The position numbers and the translations under genes were made by a program. Under the pieces are notes generated by a model. That model did no database searches. It was given only the letters and a program-made list of their open reading frames with translations, and was not told the origin of the DNA. This document shows positions 41,075-51,657 of a DNA stretch of 64,000 bases, in pieces; the stretch's first letter is position 1, and the number at the start of each line of letters is the position of its first letter. This stretch comes from an uncultured Chlamydiae bacterium (GTDB taxonomy: Bacteria > Chlamydiota > Chlamydiia > Chlamydiales > JAJFMA01): NCBI GenBank assembly GCA_963713615.1, contig CAVQMM010000001.1:896001-960000 (forward strand), written 5' to 3'.

Positions 41075-41162
41075 GATATCACCTATATACCACACTCGAT
41101 CATAAATTTGGATTTGGGCCCATGCGAAAGCTCCCGCGATTCAACGATCGCAAATGGGTCCA

Positions 41163-41843
41163 TTAACTGCGTTTGTCAAACCGATGATACCTAATGACCC
41201 GACCTTTTGCACGCCAAAGAGAGTCAAAGAAGGAAGCTCCGTAATCAAGCCATTCAGTCACAAAGTGCGGCGCTGGAAATCCGCATTGAAATCTGTCACA
41301 TCCCAGAAATTCTGTGACCAACTGCTCCGAGTAATCGGGATCATCCGTCGCAATCGTGGCTGAACCATTCATCTGAAGAACGCGTGCCAATTCCTGGATA
41401 AAAGGTTGCTGGAATAGGCGATACTTGGCATGTCGTGTCTTTGGAAAGGGATCCGGAAAATTGATGTACACAGCATGTAGCGAATTCGAAGGAAAATAGA
41501 ACTTTGTGGTCAGACAGGCCTCTCCAGAAATGACCAGTAAGTTATCTAATTTGAGATTCTGGATCTTCGACCATACCTTACGTACGCGCTCAAAGCGCCA
41601 TTCTACCCCTACCCAGTTGTATTGAGGCTCTTTCTGAGCCTTAGCAGCTAACCAGGTACCATTGCCACAGCAGTATTCAACGATAACAGGCTTGTCGTTA
41701 CCAAAAACTAGTGGATCACTCCAGCCAGGAAAGGTAAAAGATGCGTAATCGGGACAGTAATCTGGAACGTGCCAAACCCTATCCTGAATCAACACACAAC
41801 GGTCGTCCCACGAAAATGGATGTTTGAGATCTTTTGGTTTCAT
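41163..41843 (-). CDS. trmB: tRNA (guanine-N7)-methyltransferase
   Basis: VEYCCGNG, INFPDPFPKTRH, IATDD. Confidence 0.92.
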   Translation of the reverse strand: MKPKDLKHPFSWDDRCVLIQDRVWHVPDYCPDYASFTFPGWSDPLVFGNDKPVIVEYCCGNGTWLAAKAQKEPQYNWVGVEWRFERVRKVWSKIQNLKLDNLLVISGEACLTTKFYFPSNSLHAVYINFPDPFPKTRHAKYRLFQQPFIQELARVLQMNGSATIATDDPDYSEQLVTEFLGCDRFQCGFPAPHFVTEWLDYGASFFDSLWRAKGRVIRYHRFDKRS

Positions 41844-41921
41844 ATTTAAGAAATTATAGGCCAACACAGTATTAATAAGATAGGTATTGTGGAGTGCGCT
41901 AACGGATCAAAGCAGTTCCCT

Positions 41922-42347
41922 TTATTTGTGATAGGGAGAGCCGCGCCAAATTTCTACGCAGCGATACAACTGCTCAGCTAGAATCAACCGGCACATTTGG
42001 TGCGTAAAAGTCAGTGAAGAAAAGCTCACCAGAGGATATTGCCCACTAGAGAGTTCTTTAGGGAGGCCCTCAGCACCGCCAATGACAATCGCAAGACGCG
42101 ATCCACCGGCCTCAAACTGCTGTGAGAGATAGGCTGCCAATGCCTCACTAGTCATCGATATACCGGCTGGATCAAGGCAAAGAACGCGTCCCTCTTTAGC
42201 GACAAGCTGCACTAAATGGGCATCATCCCTGGCCCATTCCGTGGTCATTTGCAATGTGGAAGACATACGTCGGATATATTCAGCAACTCCTGAGTCGATC
42301 CAGGCCTCCTTGCTGCGTCCGATCATAAACAGCTTTAGACGCAGCAC
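41922..42347 (-). CDS. rlmH: 23S rRNA pseudouridine-N3 methyltransferase
   Basis: IGGAEG, LTFTHQM.RLIL.EQLYR, GSPYHK. Confidence 0.93.
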   Translation of the reverse strand: MLRLKLFMIGRSKEAWIDSGVAEYIRRMSSTLQMTTEWARDDAHLVQLVAKEGRVLCLDPAGISMTSEALAAYLSQQFEAGGSRLAIVIGGAEGLPKELSSGQYPLVSFSSLTFTHQMCRLILAEQLYRCVEIWRGSPYHK

Positions 42348-42350
42348 GAG

Positions 42351-42815
42351 CTAGTCCTCGCTGCCATGCCGCGTAGCCCTTTGGACATTGCGCTTTTCGT
42401 CGCGCTCCTTGATAGCCGAGCGTTTATCAAAAGTGCGTTTACCACGAGCAACAGCTATCTTTACCTTGACACGTCCCTTTTTCAGGTACAGAGCAAGCGG
42501 AACCAGCGTCATCCCCTTTTCCTGAATATCTCGACGGAGACGTTCGATTTCGTAGTTATGCATGAGCAATTTACGATCGCGAGTTTCGGGATGATTGTGA
42601 ATATTGCCAAAACGATACGGAGCAATGCTTGCACCGACTAACCACAGTTCACCCTGATGGATTTTGACATAGGCTTCCTGAATACTGCCACCATGCGCAC
42701 GTAGAGACTTAATCTCCGTGCCCAATAAAACGATGCCAGTTTCGTAGGTCTCGAGAATTTCGTATTGAAAGTGCGCTTTGCGATTGCTCACTAAGTCACG
42801 ATGTTCTTCTGCCAT
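42351..42815 (-). CDS. smpB: SsrA-binding protein
   Basis: NRKA...Y, GIVL.GTEIKSLR, RKLLMH, DKR..IK.R. Confidence 0.97.
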   Translation of the reverse strand: MAEEHRDLVSNRKAHFQYEILETYETGIVLLGTEIKSLRAHGGSIQEAYVKIHQGELWLVGASIAPYRFGNIHNHPETRDRKLLMHNYEIERLRRDIQEKGMTLVPLALYLKKGRVKVKIAVARGKRTFDKRSAIKERDEKRNVQRATRHGSED

Positions 42816-43179
42816 AACATAATCCTATGATCTATCAGCTAAAGTATAGAGCCAAAGACGATTATGGAGCCAGCAAAGAATCAGGGCTGGACTAAAGGAC
42901 CAAAGGAGGTAATTGCAGAAGTCCGATTTTCCGAAGTCAATTTCCTGAAAATCGGATGCCGGTGAAGAGAGAGCCATTCCCTTCCCAGGCCCGAAGGGTC
43001 GATATTGCAACAGGCCATGGCATCGCCACATAGGCCTCAACCTAAGCCTAACAATCGTATCTCGGCGCGCAGCGCTTTGGAGTGCGGTCGCTTGCGACGT
43101 AAGCGTCAATTGAAGCCACCTTTTTCGTAATTCCGCGAGGTTCTAAGTTTTCTCCATGACCCTAACCATGGAGATACTA

Positions 43180-43743
43180 ATGGATTTCAAAAGGAAGCGT
43201 TCTGATTGGGCTCGACGCATAGACCAATGGATGGCGAGCGGTCAGAGTGGCCGCAGGTGGTGCCTAGAGAACAATATAAGCTACCAGCAGCTCTTGTACT
43301 GGTACCAACGCTTTAAAGTTAGCCCGCCCGACCACATTTCCTCGACGGGTTGGATAGACATTACCCTGCCCGAGCTCAAGCTTTCGCTTGATCAGAAGAG
43401 CGTCTATCTAACCCTAAAGTCTGCGAGCAAAACTCTGAGGTCGTCATATCAGAAAAACAAGGGTGTCTTTCTCTATCAAGAGCCGATCGATATGCGAAAG
43501 GGATTTGAGTGCTTGAGCAATCTTGTTGACAGTTCGTTCTCGGGCGAATTTACCTGCGGGGCCTACTTCGTTTTTTTAAATCGTCGTAGAAATCTAGTGA
43601 AGGTCTTTTACTGGGATGGTAATGGTCATGCCGTCTGGTACAAGCGACTTGAAAAAGGAAGTTTTCGCAATGGAAGCATTCCAGATTCCGCTATCGATCG
43701 TCGAGAATTTCTAATGTTGTTGGAGAGTAGTCATCGAGCCTAA
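43180..43743 (+). CDS. IS66 accessory protein, TnpA-like and TnpB domains in one ORF
   Basis: W..SGQS...WC....ISY....YW (TnpA-like) followed by DMRKGF..L, FVFLNRRR, WDGNG, YKRLEKG.F (TnpB). Confidence 0.85.
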   Translation: MDFKRKRSDWARRIDQWMASGQSGRRWCLENNISYQQLLYWYQRFKVSPPDHISSTGWIDITLPELKLSLDQKSVYLTLKSASKTLRSSYQKNKGVFLYQEPIDMRKGFECLSNLVDSSFSGEFTCGAYFVFLNRRRNLVKVFYWDGNGHAVWYKRLEKGSFRNGSIPDSAIDRREFLMLLESSHRA

Positions 43744-43819
43744 AATCCTAAAAACAATGTGTATTTTATTAGATAAAATACTTGATAATAGAGGGGGTCT
43801 GTGATATGATTTAGAGCAT

Positions 43820-45364
43820 ATGGAAACCTCAACACTATCACTAGAACATCTTCAATCGGAAATTTATTCCCTGCGAAATGAGAATAGCTTTCTCAAGGAG
43901 CAGCTTGAATGGTTTAGGCGTCAGATTTTTGGGAAACGTTCGGAAAAAGTAGTCGACGATGGCGGTCAACAACTCTACCTGGAAGGTTTCGAAAATCTTG
44001 GTTCCGAAGAGCAAAAAGAGACAATAAATGTGCCTGCTCATCGACGGGTTAAGCAGGGGCGCAATGGCAAAGATAAAATTACGCTTCCAGACAATATTCC
44101 CGTTCAACGCTGTATTTTAGATTTGCCAGAGGATCAAAAAGTTTGCCCTACAACGGGTGAAGCCCTCGTCAAAATTGGCGAAGAAGTCACTCACAAAATA
44201 GCGCATACGCCAGGTAGCTACTACGTCAAGGAGCTAGTACGTCCCAAGTATGCATGTAGAGCACATAGTGAAGAGGGCGTTTTTATCGCAGATTTACCAG
44301 ATAGCATTTTTCCTCGCTGTCAAGCCGATGAAAGTCTTTTAGCCAGTGTGATCGTGAAAAAATTCGCCGATCACCTTCCTTTATTTCGTCAATCGGAAAT
44401 CTTAGCTCGCGAGGGCATTCTCATCAGCCGACAAATACTTTGCAAGTGGGTAATGCGCTGTGGATATGCCTTAAAGGCGCTATATGAAGAAATGATTGCT
44501 CGCGTGCTCAGCAGCAACAATGTTTTTGTGGACGAATCTCCTGTGGACATGCTTGTCCCTGGTAAGGGAAAGGTGCACCAGGCTTTTATGTGGGTGATCG
44601 TTGGAGGGCAGGAAAAAAATCCGCCTTATCGAGTCTATCATTTTCGCATGGACCGCTGCCACAAGCATGCTGTGGAAATACTAGCTGGATATAAAGGTGT
44701 TGTCCATTCGGATAAATATGGAGCCTATGAAGCACTGGCTAATAAGAAGCAATTCACTTGGTGTCCATGCTGGAGTCACATTCGGCGCAAGTTTTTCGAC
44801 GCTGTAGGTGGCGATAAAAAATTTGTTAGCTGGGTACTGCGCAAGATAAAATATCTATTTATGTTAGAGAGAGTTGCTTGGGAACGTTCTCCAGAGGAAC
44901 GTCTGCGGATAAGACAAGAGAAAGAAGCTCCAATAATAGATGAGCTGACTGCACGCATCAAGGACCGGCTGGTTAATGGCAAGGCTCTTCCCAAATCGAA
45001 TCTAAGGGAGGCTCTAGGCTATTATTGCAGCTTAATTCCCCATCTGAAAAACTACACCCAACATGCATTTGCGCGTCTCGACAACAATGTAGCGGAGCGA
45101 GCGATACGCCCTCTAGCTATTGGCCGCAAGAACTGGATGTTTATTGGAAGCGAGGAGGGTGGGGAAGCTTCCGCCGTACTGCTAAGCCTGGTACAGACCT
45201 GCCGCGCGATAGGAGTCAACCCCCACGAATACCTAGAGGATGTGATGAGGCGCCTGCCAGCCCATAATTCTCAAAAACTTCACGAGCTTCTGCCCGACGC
45301 TTGGGCTGCCGCCAGGCGACAAGCAAAGGCCTCATCCACCTCATCAGCCCCCACTGCCGAATAA
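43820..45364 (+). CDS. IS66 DDE transposase TnpC
   Basis: FGKRSEK, KFADHLPL.RQ, VDESP, CWSHIRRKF, DNNVAERAIRP.AIGRKNW. Confidence 0.95.
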   Translation: METSTLSLEHLQSEIYSLRNENSFLKEQLEWFRRQIFGKRSEKVVDDGGQQLYLEGFENLGSEEQKETINVPAHRRVKQGRNGKDKITLPDNIPVQRCILDLPEDQKVCPTTGEALVKIGEEVTHKIAHTPGSYYVKELVRPKYACRAHSEEGVFIADLPDSIFPRCQADESLLASVIVKKFADHLPLFRQSEILAREGILISRQILCKWVMRCGYALKALYEEMIARVLSSNNVFVDESPVDMLVPGKGKVHQAFMWVIVGGQEKNPPYRVYHFRMDRCHKHAVEILAGYKGVVHSDKYGAYEALANKKQFTWCPCWSHIRRKFFDAVGGDKKFVSWVLRKIKYLFMLERVAWERSPEERLRIRQEKEAPIIDELTARIKDRLVNGKALPKSNLREALGYYCSLIPHLKNYTQHAFARLDNNVAERAIRPLAIGRKNWMFIGSEEGGEASAVLLSLVQTCRAIGVNPHEYLEDVMRRLPAHNSQKLHELLPDAWAAARRQAKASSTSSAPTAE

Positions 45365-46144
45365 ATCGCCAGATGGCCTCAATTGACGCTTACCTTGCGA
45401 CCGCTTTGGGTTCCTTGCGACGGTCGTGTGCAACGGCATCACTATAATTCCCTAAGGGTAAAATAGTTAGTACATGCAGCCTTCGACGAATCCATACAAT
45501 GCCGTTTAGCATTGCCGTCCCAAGGAACGAAAAGCGGTCGCAAGCGACCGCACTCCAAAGCGCTGCGCGCCGAGATACGATTGTGAAGTCCTAAGTCATT
45601 GAGATATAAGCTCAAAAGACCTGTTAGGTTGAGGCCTATGTGGCATCGCCATGGTATATGCCAGGAAGGGATTTCGCAGCCTGTAGGGCTGCCATAAGGC
45701 GCTTGTATAAATAGCGTGTGAATACTGACGTCTTATGGCAGTCCTTCAGACTGCGAACCACGTTTTGGCATATACCATGGCGATGCCATGGCCTGTTGCA
45801 ATATCGACCCTTCGGGCCTGGAAAGGGATAAAAGCCTGTCTCTCCAGACTAGATAGTGCCATGCCATTTGAGCTTTCCAGAATCGCCTTCTCGCAAAAAA
45901 AGGTAACCTTTTTTCCTAAGAATCGATCCTTAAGGGCTCAAATAATTTTGCAATTACCTCTAAAGGACTTCGGAGGCACACTCCACAGGTCCTTTATGTC
46001 CTTTACGTCCCTTTGGTCCTTTAGTCCAGCCGTCTGAGCCCTCCTTTGTTTTTCCTTAGCGGTTTCTCTTGACTTTGCCAGAGCTTACCGAACATAATTG
46101 TCGCTTATAACATTGCGCAAAAATGTACGGATGAGGATCTGTCA

Positions 46145-47278
46145 ATGAAGTTTGTGATCTCCCGCCTCGAACTAGCGAACCTTCTTAGCAAGTTGCTAAA
46201 TGTGGTATCACAGAAACCTACGGTACCGGTTTTAAACAATTTTCTCCTAGAGGCGGCTAACGATGAGCTAGTCCTCAGCGCTACAGATCTCACCGTTGGT
46301 CTTCGCTGCTATACTGACACCAAAATCCTCGAGGAAGGCGCTACAACACTTCCTGTGAAGAAATTCGCGCAACTCGTCAAAGAACTCACTGCTGCCAACC
46401 TAGAAGTCTCCTGCGGAGAAAATAGCATCACAGAGGTCATCGCTGACTCCTCACGCTTTCGTCTCCACGGTATGAACAGAAACGAATTTCCCAGCCTCCC
46501 CGACTTCGAAGGTGCCGCGCGCTTTGTCATCAAGCAGAAGACTCTTAAGGATATGTTTTATCGCACATCTTTCGCGGTTTCTCGCGATGACACGCGCTAT
46601 GTCCTGACCGGTGTGTTCATGCAAATCGCTAATGGTGTGGCTACCTTCGTGGGAACGGATGGAAAGCGGTTGGCCCGAGCGCATGTTGAACTTGATATCG
46701 ACAAAGACTTTTCAGGGTCATATACTCTTCCCCTCAAAGCTGTGGATGAGATTGTCAAGAATCTCGGTGACGATGACGACGAGACTGCCACCGTCTATCT
46801 TCTAGAAGACCGTGTAGCCGTCGAGGGCAACCAGGTCAACTTGATCACCAAGTTGTTGCAAGGCGACTATCCCGACTATAACCGTGTCATTCCCGAGAGT
46901 TCCGAGACTGTCGTGACGCTGAACTCGCCTGAACTGATGTCGTTATTACGTCAGGTATCCCTGTTTACCTCCGACAGCACACATTCCATACGCTGTACCT
47001 TTACCGATGGAGACCTCAAGTTAAGCGCTAACAATGCTGAACTAGGTGAAGGGCAGGTAAGCATGCCTGTCAACTACCATGGACCAAAGCTTGAAATCGC
47101 CTTCAATCCCCAATTTTTCCTAGACATCCTAAGACATTGCCACAATGAACGCATCACTTTGGGTATTACTGATGCCTACAATCCAGGAGTGATCACGGAC
47201 CAAGAGGCTCCCCTGGAACCTGGCCAGCAGCCCAGTCCGCTGTATGTTATGATGCCAATGCGGCTAAACGAAACTTAA
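46145..47278 (+). CDS. dnaN: DNA polymerase III beta clamp
   Basis: SATDL, RYVLTGV, GTDGKRL, G.YPDY.RVIP, MPMRL. Confidence 0.97.
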   Translation: MKFVISRLELANLLSKLLNVVSQKPTVPVLNNFLLEAANDELVLSATDLTVGLRCYTDTKILEEGATTLPVKKFAQLVKELTAANLEVSCGENSITEVIADSSRFRLHGMNRNEFPSLPDFEGAARFVIKQKTLKDMFYRTSFAVSRDDTRYVLTGVFMQIANGVATFVGTDGKRLARAHVELDIDKDFSGSYTLPLKAVDEIVKNLGDDDDETATVYLLEDRVAVEGNQVNLITKLLQGDYPDYNRVIPESSETVVTLNSPELMSLLRQVSLFTSDSTHSIRCTFTDGDLKLSANNAELGEGQVSMPVNYHGPKLEIAFNPQFFLDILRHCHNERITLGITDAYNPGVITDQEAPLEPGQQPSPLYVMMPMRLNET

Positions 47279-47279
47279 A

Positions 47280-48377
47280 GTGCTTGTACGAAGCCTCATT
47301 TTACGTCATTTCCGTAACTACACCGAGGCTGCCGTTGACTTTGGTCCACGCGTCAATGTGCTGTGTGGCGCCAATGCGCAAGGAAAGACTTCTCTTCTAG
47401 AGGCTATCTTCCTTTGCGTTTCCGGACGTTCCTTTCGCCTAGCACAAACGGTCGATCTGCAACAGGTGGGCTGTCCTTTCTTCGGCGTTGAAGTCTATTT
47501 TGTGAAAAATGGCGTCGAACAACGCCTCAAATATCTTCACGATGGCGAGAGCCGTAAGATCACTTACAATAGCACAACCTGTCACAGCATCGCCCAGCTG
47601 CTAGGGATCATTCCGGGCGTGGTGATGACCCCCGATGACTCAGTACTGGTCAAAGGTGGACCTGCCCAGCGTCGTCATTTTCTTGATCTCCAAATGGCAC
47701 AGGCTAATCCCCTGTATCTGCATCACCTGGCTCGCTATCAAAAGGCCATGCGACAACGCAATCACTTGCTCAAGCAGCGTTCTGCCGTCTCCATTGAGGC
47801 GTGGGAGCAAGAGATGGCTATTTCCGCGGCCTATATTGCCGAGCAGCGGCATATCGCCATTGAGGATCTCGCTGTTCGTGCTAGTTCGTTCTACCAACGG
47901 CTTTCCCTAGAGCAAGAGCGCCTTTCCCTCAAATATAAGACTAGTGCCCCTGCAAACCAATCTCAAGACGTTATTACCAACTATTACTTGGAGCGCTTTC
48001 GGCAAAATCGGCAACGCGATATGGAATTGGGTTGGACAGCCTCAGGACCGCATAAAGATGATCTGCTGCTTGCCATCGAAGGCAAGGCCGGCCGTTTTTA
48101 TGCTAGTGAGGGACAGCAACGTTGTTGTGTGACAGCATTAAGACTCGCTGAATGGGAGCGTCTGCGCGATCAATCAGGTCATCGTCCTTTGCTGGTTATT
48201 GATGACGTAGCCATAAGCTTGGATGATGATCGACGTCGACGTTTGATGAAAATGCTCGCGGGATTTGGGCAGGTCTTTTTGTCATCTGCACAAGACCTTA
48301 AAGGACAGATAGGGGTCGAAGAAACCAAATTTTTCAAGGTTCAGCAGGGCCAAGTTACGGTTCGTGAGGAATTTTAA
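47280..48377 (+). CDS. recF: DNA replication/repair protein RecF
   Basis: FRNY, GANAQGKT.LLEA, GPHKDD, ASEGQQR, IDDV...LD..RR. Confidence 0.96.
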   Translation: MLVRSLILRHFRNYTEAAVDFGPRVNVLCGANAQGKTSLLEAIFLCVSGRSFRLAQTVDLQQVGCPFFGVEVYFVKNGVEQRLKYLHDGESRKITYNSTTCHSIAQLLGIIPGVVMTPDDSVLVKGGPAQRRHFLDLQMAQANPLYLHHLARYQKAMRQRNHLLKQRSAVSIEAWEQEMAISAAYIAEQRHIAIEDLAVRASSFYQRLSLEQERLSLKYKTSAPANQSQDVITNYYLERFRQNRQRDMELGWTASGPHKDDLLLAIEGKAGRFYASEGQQRCCVTALRLAEWERLRDQSGHRPLLVIDDVAISLDDDRRRRLMKMLAGFGQVFLSSAQDLKGQIGVEETKFFKVQQGQVTVREEF

Positions 48378-48399
48378 TGCAAAGGCGCAAAGGAGTGGG

Positions 48400-48627
48400 C
48401 ACGTGTGTGCATACACAAGGATTTAGAAAGTAACACGGATGCACACGGATCTAGGAGGATTTAGGACGATAGGATCGAAAAAACTAGTTCACCATTTTAA
48501 AATAGTAAAAATGGTTTTAGGACATACCAGATCGATATGAGTTCAATTTCCATCCTATCCTCCTAAATCCTCCTAGATCCGTGTGCATCCGTGTTACCTC
48601 CTAGATCCTCGCGCATACACATACGTG
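48400..48627. repeat. Family F palindromic element
   Basis: Same arms as 35911-36143, between convergent genes. Confidence 0.85.
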
Positions 48628-48631
48628 AACG

Positions 48632-50050
48632 CTAGTCTCCGAGGGCGATGCGACCAAATGACGTGACTGTAAAGCAGGGCTGGCCGTCATAGGTTCCAGC
48701 GGTAACTATCCCTACCTGGAATAGCCGTTGAAAGATCATCTCTTTAACGAAAACCTGCTCTTCAGCACTATACGTTGGTAAGACAAAACTCCAGCGTTTG
48801 CCTTTTTGGCGCAATGAAATGGGCTCGGAATCACCCAGCGGCTCACTCATGCCACGCACAAAGTCATCAAAGGCCACCCAACCGCTCTTGAGTACTCGCT
48901 TAACAGCTTTTTCGACTTCGCGAAGATTTTTTTCTGTAAACAGCGAAGACTTTATCGATGGATAGTCTTCGGAATGCACAGGAAGGCGATAGAGAACCAT
49001 AGCCTGATCCGCAGGGGCTTTCTTGAACCACTCTTTTGCTTGAACTGTCGGGATCAGCTTGCCATCACGAACTTCTACCAGATGAATTTGCAGGAGTCGT
49101 GATACCAACCTTCTGCAGTAACCAGCGACTTCCTCCGTCGCTAAAGCGGGTGCCCACAAAGTCAATGCCTCGGAGGATAACGAATAACCCAAAGAGCTAC
49201 TCCCATCGACTCTTAAGGGCTGCTGTGTGATGACTTGCAGTAGATCCGTAAGATCCGAAGTAAAGGCGTAGTGATCACCTTTGTGAAAACGTTTTACTTT
49301 GTCCTCTGGAATGGTCTGAGGCACTGTATCACGCTGGAAACGCAGATATTCCCGCCATTCGTGAATCGGGGTAACAACTTCTTTCCATTGATCCCCTATC
49401 TTGGTGTAGCCAAGGTAGCAGACGAAATTGTATTCCAATAGCAGCATATATTCTTCAAACTGCTCTCTGCTTAAATCGTATTTATCACGCAATGTTTTCG
49501 AGCGAACCTTAAAATCCTCTGCAGCAAAAACGTCGTCCATAATCTGGTGAGGGATGGGATCTTCAAAATTGAGTTCCGACAGATGACGCAGGTAAATTTT
49601 TGGGGTCAGAAGGTACTTTTCAACGATAGAATCAAAGATGTCATCGGTACTGCGTGGGATGGAATACCAATTGGGCAGCACCTGAATAGGAATACGCTTC
49701 AGCCCTCGAAAAATGTACTCAAGGTCTGGAGTAAAATCTTCATCGAATTTCTCTATCTGAAATTCGTAGTATTTGCGCATGTCTTTATCCACGCGAATGG
49801 TATGGCCGTCGTGCTGGAGTAGCTTCGAAGGAATGAACTTATTGAGAGAATTGACCACATCAGTATGGGAAGCTTCGAGTGTCTGGATGATATCTGCAAT
49901 GGGAAAAGACAGCGAGCTACTCAGAAGTTCATTCAAAACATCGACATCAAACACACTTAGATTTGCGATCAACACGCGATTTTCGATGTCTCTGCGATAG
50001 GCATAGTCAGCTAGAACGACCTTATTTTTTCGTGTGGGTGTAATCAGCAT
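48632..50050 (-). CDS. Conserved chlamydial-type hypothetical protein next to recF
   Basis: 472-aa ORF with RBS aggagg; position matches chlamydial recF neighbourhood as I recall it. Confidence 0.75.
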   Translation of the reverse strand: MLITPTRKNKVVLADYAYRRDIENRVLIANLSVFDVDVLNELLSSSLSFPIADIIQTLEASHTDVVNSLNKFIPSKLLQHDGHTIRVDKDMRKYYEFQIEKFDEDFTPDLEYIFRGLKRIPIQVLPNWYSIPRSTDDIFDSIVEKYLLTPKIYLRHLSELNFEDPIPHQIMDDVFAAEDFKVRSKTLRDKYDLSREQFEEYMLLLEYNFVCYLGYTKIGDQWKEVVTPIHEWREYLRFQRDTVPQTIPEDKVKRFHKGDHYAFTSDLTDLLQVITQQPLRVDGSSSLGYSLSSEALTLWAPALATEEVAGYCRRLVSRLLQIHLVEVRDGKLIPTVQAKEWFKKAPADQAMVLYRLPVHSEDYPSIKSSLFTEKNLREVEKAVKRVLKSGWVAFDDFVRGMSEPLGDSEPISLRQKGKRWSFVLPTYSAEEQVFVKEMIFQRLFQVGIVTAGTYDGQPCFTVTSFGRIALGD

Positions 50051-50311
50051 CTACGACCTCCTAATTAGAACCTTTAGGACCTTGGTGGGCAAAGAGTCTT
50101 TACCCAATGTGGAAATCGCTTTCGACTTTTAGCGCGATCAGGCACTGCAAAGTCTTAACCATTGTACACGTCTTTTCATTTTTCTAGCAATGGAAAACAA
50201 AATGCAAAAAAGCGTTACGTAGGTGCAAAAAGTTCTTTAAGATTTGATAAAGAGATTTTTTAAGCCTGACTTAGGCAGAAATCTTCTACAATTGCGTCAA
50301 AAGGACATAAA

Positions 50312-50406
50312 GAGGTAATTGCAGAAGTATTTGGGCCCTTGAGAATCGATTCTTGAGAAAAAAGGTTACCTTTTTTGGCGAGTAAGCGATTCTAGAGAGC
50401 TCAAAT
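50312..50406. repeat. Family A right-end fragment (inverted)
   Basis: Reverse complement of about 31363-31457 and 45866-45960. Confidence 0.75.
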
Positions 50407-50408
50407 TG

Positions 50409-50680
50409 TTCTCGACCGCGGAGCGGTGACCTGTAGGTAGCCAGGGGTGCTCAAACGCGAAGCGCTAGCAACCCCTGGGAAGTGCAAATAAAGATTAAAC
50501 ACCACAACGTGGTGCCCTTGATGTTGAAGCCACAATACATTTTGTGGAATGACCTCTTAGATTGTGGACAGGGCACCACGACGTGGTGCGAAGGAAATTA
50601 TGACGTATAAACCAGAGGTTGCTAGCGCTTCGCGCTTGAGCACCCTGGCTACCTACAGTTCACCGCTCCGCGGTTGAGAA
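50409..50680. repeat. REP-like long palindromic doublet (further family)
   Basis: About 70-bp arms ttctcgaccgcggagcggtga...gcgaagcgctagcaacc and inverse; inner caccac.acgtggtg hairpins. Confidence 0.75.
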
Positions 50681-50783
50681 TAGTGCCTTAGGTGAATGCC
50701 TATGGAGCCAAGCCTCTTTCCGTCGCTTTGGTCCTTTAGTCCATCCAAGAATGACCGCACTCATGGCCTCTACATCACGCCTT

Positions 50784-51509
50784 CTATTTACGCGAGCCCA
50801 GCTTTCCGGCGAGGGCAATTACCTCTTCTTCGCATTGTTGGCGCTCTTGCTGTTCTTCTGGTGTGAGTGCTGGTTGGTCATTAGGATTGGAGCTAAACGC
50901 ATCATATAATACCAAAAGCTGGTCTTGTCTTATCGAATCAAAAAGATTAGGGGCCAAAGCACCTTTAACTAAACCCTTGGGTTCGTGAGCAACAGCCGTG
51001 TTCAGGCGCTTACAAGCTCTAAAGGTTTTTACCAAGGCCTGATTATCAAGATTGGGAATTTGATCCGCCAAGGAGCTGTACATCTCCTGAACAAATTGAC
51101 CACTCACCGTAACAGCCATTACCACCCCACCACGAAATTTGGGCCATTCGTTCTTAGCAAAATGTCCCATCATAAGAAGCATCTGTGCAACACAATGCTG
51201 CGCCACACCAAAGGATGGCATATTTTTTTGAAGAATCAGCCACGAACAATTTAAGGCCGTTGTGTGCTTGGCTATCAACAGCAGTAACCGTTCATCCGTG
51301 GCAACGCGCGCCCACTGTTTGTTCACTTTCAGAAGATTCGGCAAAGCAAACTGGTAGTCGGTATAAGGTTCACCTAAGTGAGAAAAGATTTCGAGGAGTA
51401 CCTCATCAGGAAGATTATTTGTCACCTCACCGAGCTCATTCCAAGCTTGCTTGTCTGCTTTGGTGATTATAGGTGAAGGTGAACCGAAATCAATGATGTT
51501 GTTATCCAC
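50784..51509 (-). CDS. F-box domain protein (putative effector)
   Basis: LPDEVLLEIFSHL...L.KVNKQW..VA.D..L F-box consensus. Confidence 0.8.
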   Translation of the reverse strand: MDNNIIDFGSPSPIITKADKQAWNELGEVTNNLPDEVLLEIFSHLGEPYTDYQFALPNLLKVNKQWARVATDERLLLLIAKHTTALNCSWLILQKNMPSFGVAQHCVAQMLLMMGHFAKNEWPKFRGGVVMAVTVSGQFVQEMYSSLADQIPNLDNQALVKTFRACKRLNTAVAHEPKGLVKGALAPNLFDSIRQDQLLVLYDAFSSNPNDQPALTPEEQQERQQCEEEVIALAGKLGSRK

Positions 51510-51657
51510 GCTTTATCCTTTATGGTTTTTGGTTGCCATAACTAATGATAACACATCTAACCATATAAAATCAAATTATTTTATTACAGTAATCTAATTT
51601 GAATACGATTCATGAATAAACATAAGGATAATTGGCATAAGGCAAGAAGAGAGAGTA

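Larger units (their letters stand above)
43099..45393 (+). mobile_element. IS66-family insertion sequence, 2295 bp
   Basis: TIRs gtaagcgtcaattga(a/g)gcca; 8-bp TSD cttgcgac at 43091-43098 and 45394-45401. Confidence 0.95.
43029..45640. mobile_element. MITE C copy 2 (opposite orientation), interrupted by IS66
   Basis: TIR cataggcctcaacctaa; TSD tggcatcgcca at 43018-43028 and 45641-45651. Confidence 0.8.
42906..45960. mobile_element. Composite element A>B>C>D carrying an IS66
   Basis: TIRs gaggtaattgca / tgcaattacctc; same layout as 30696-31457; lies inside a family E IR (42885-42906 / 46010-46031). Confidence 0.8.
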
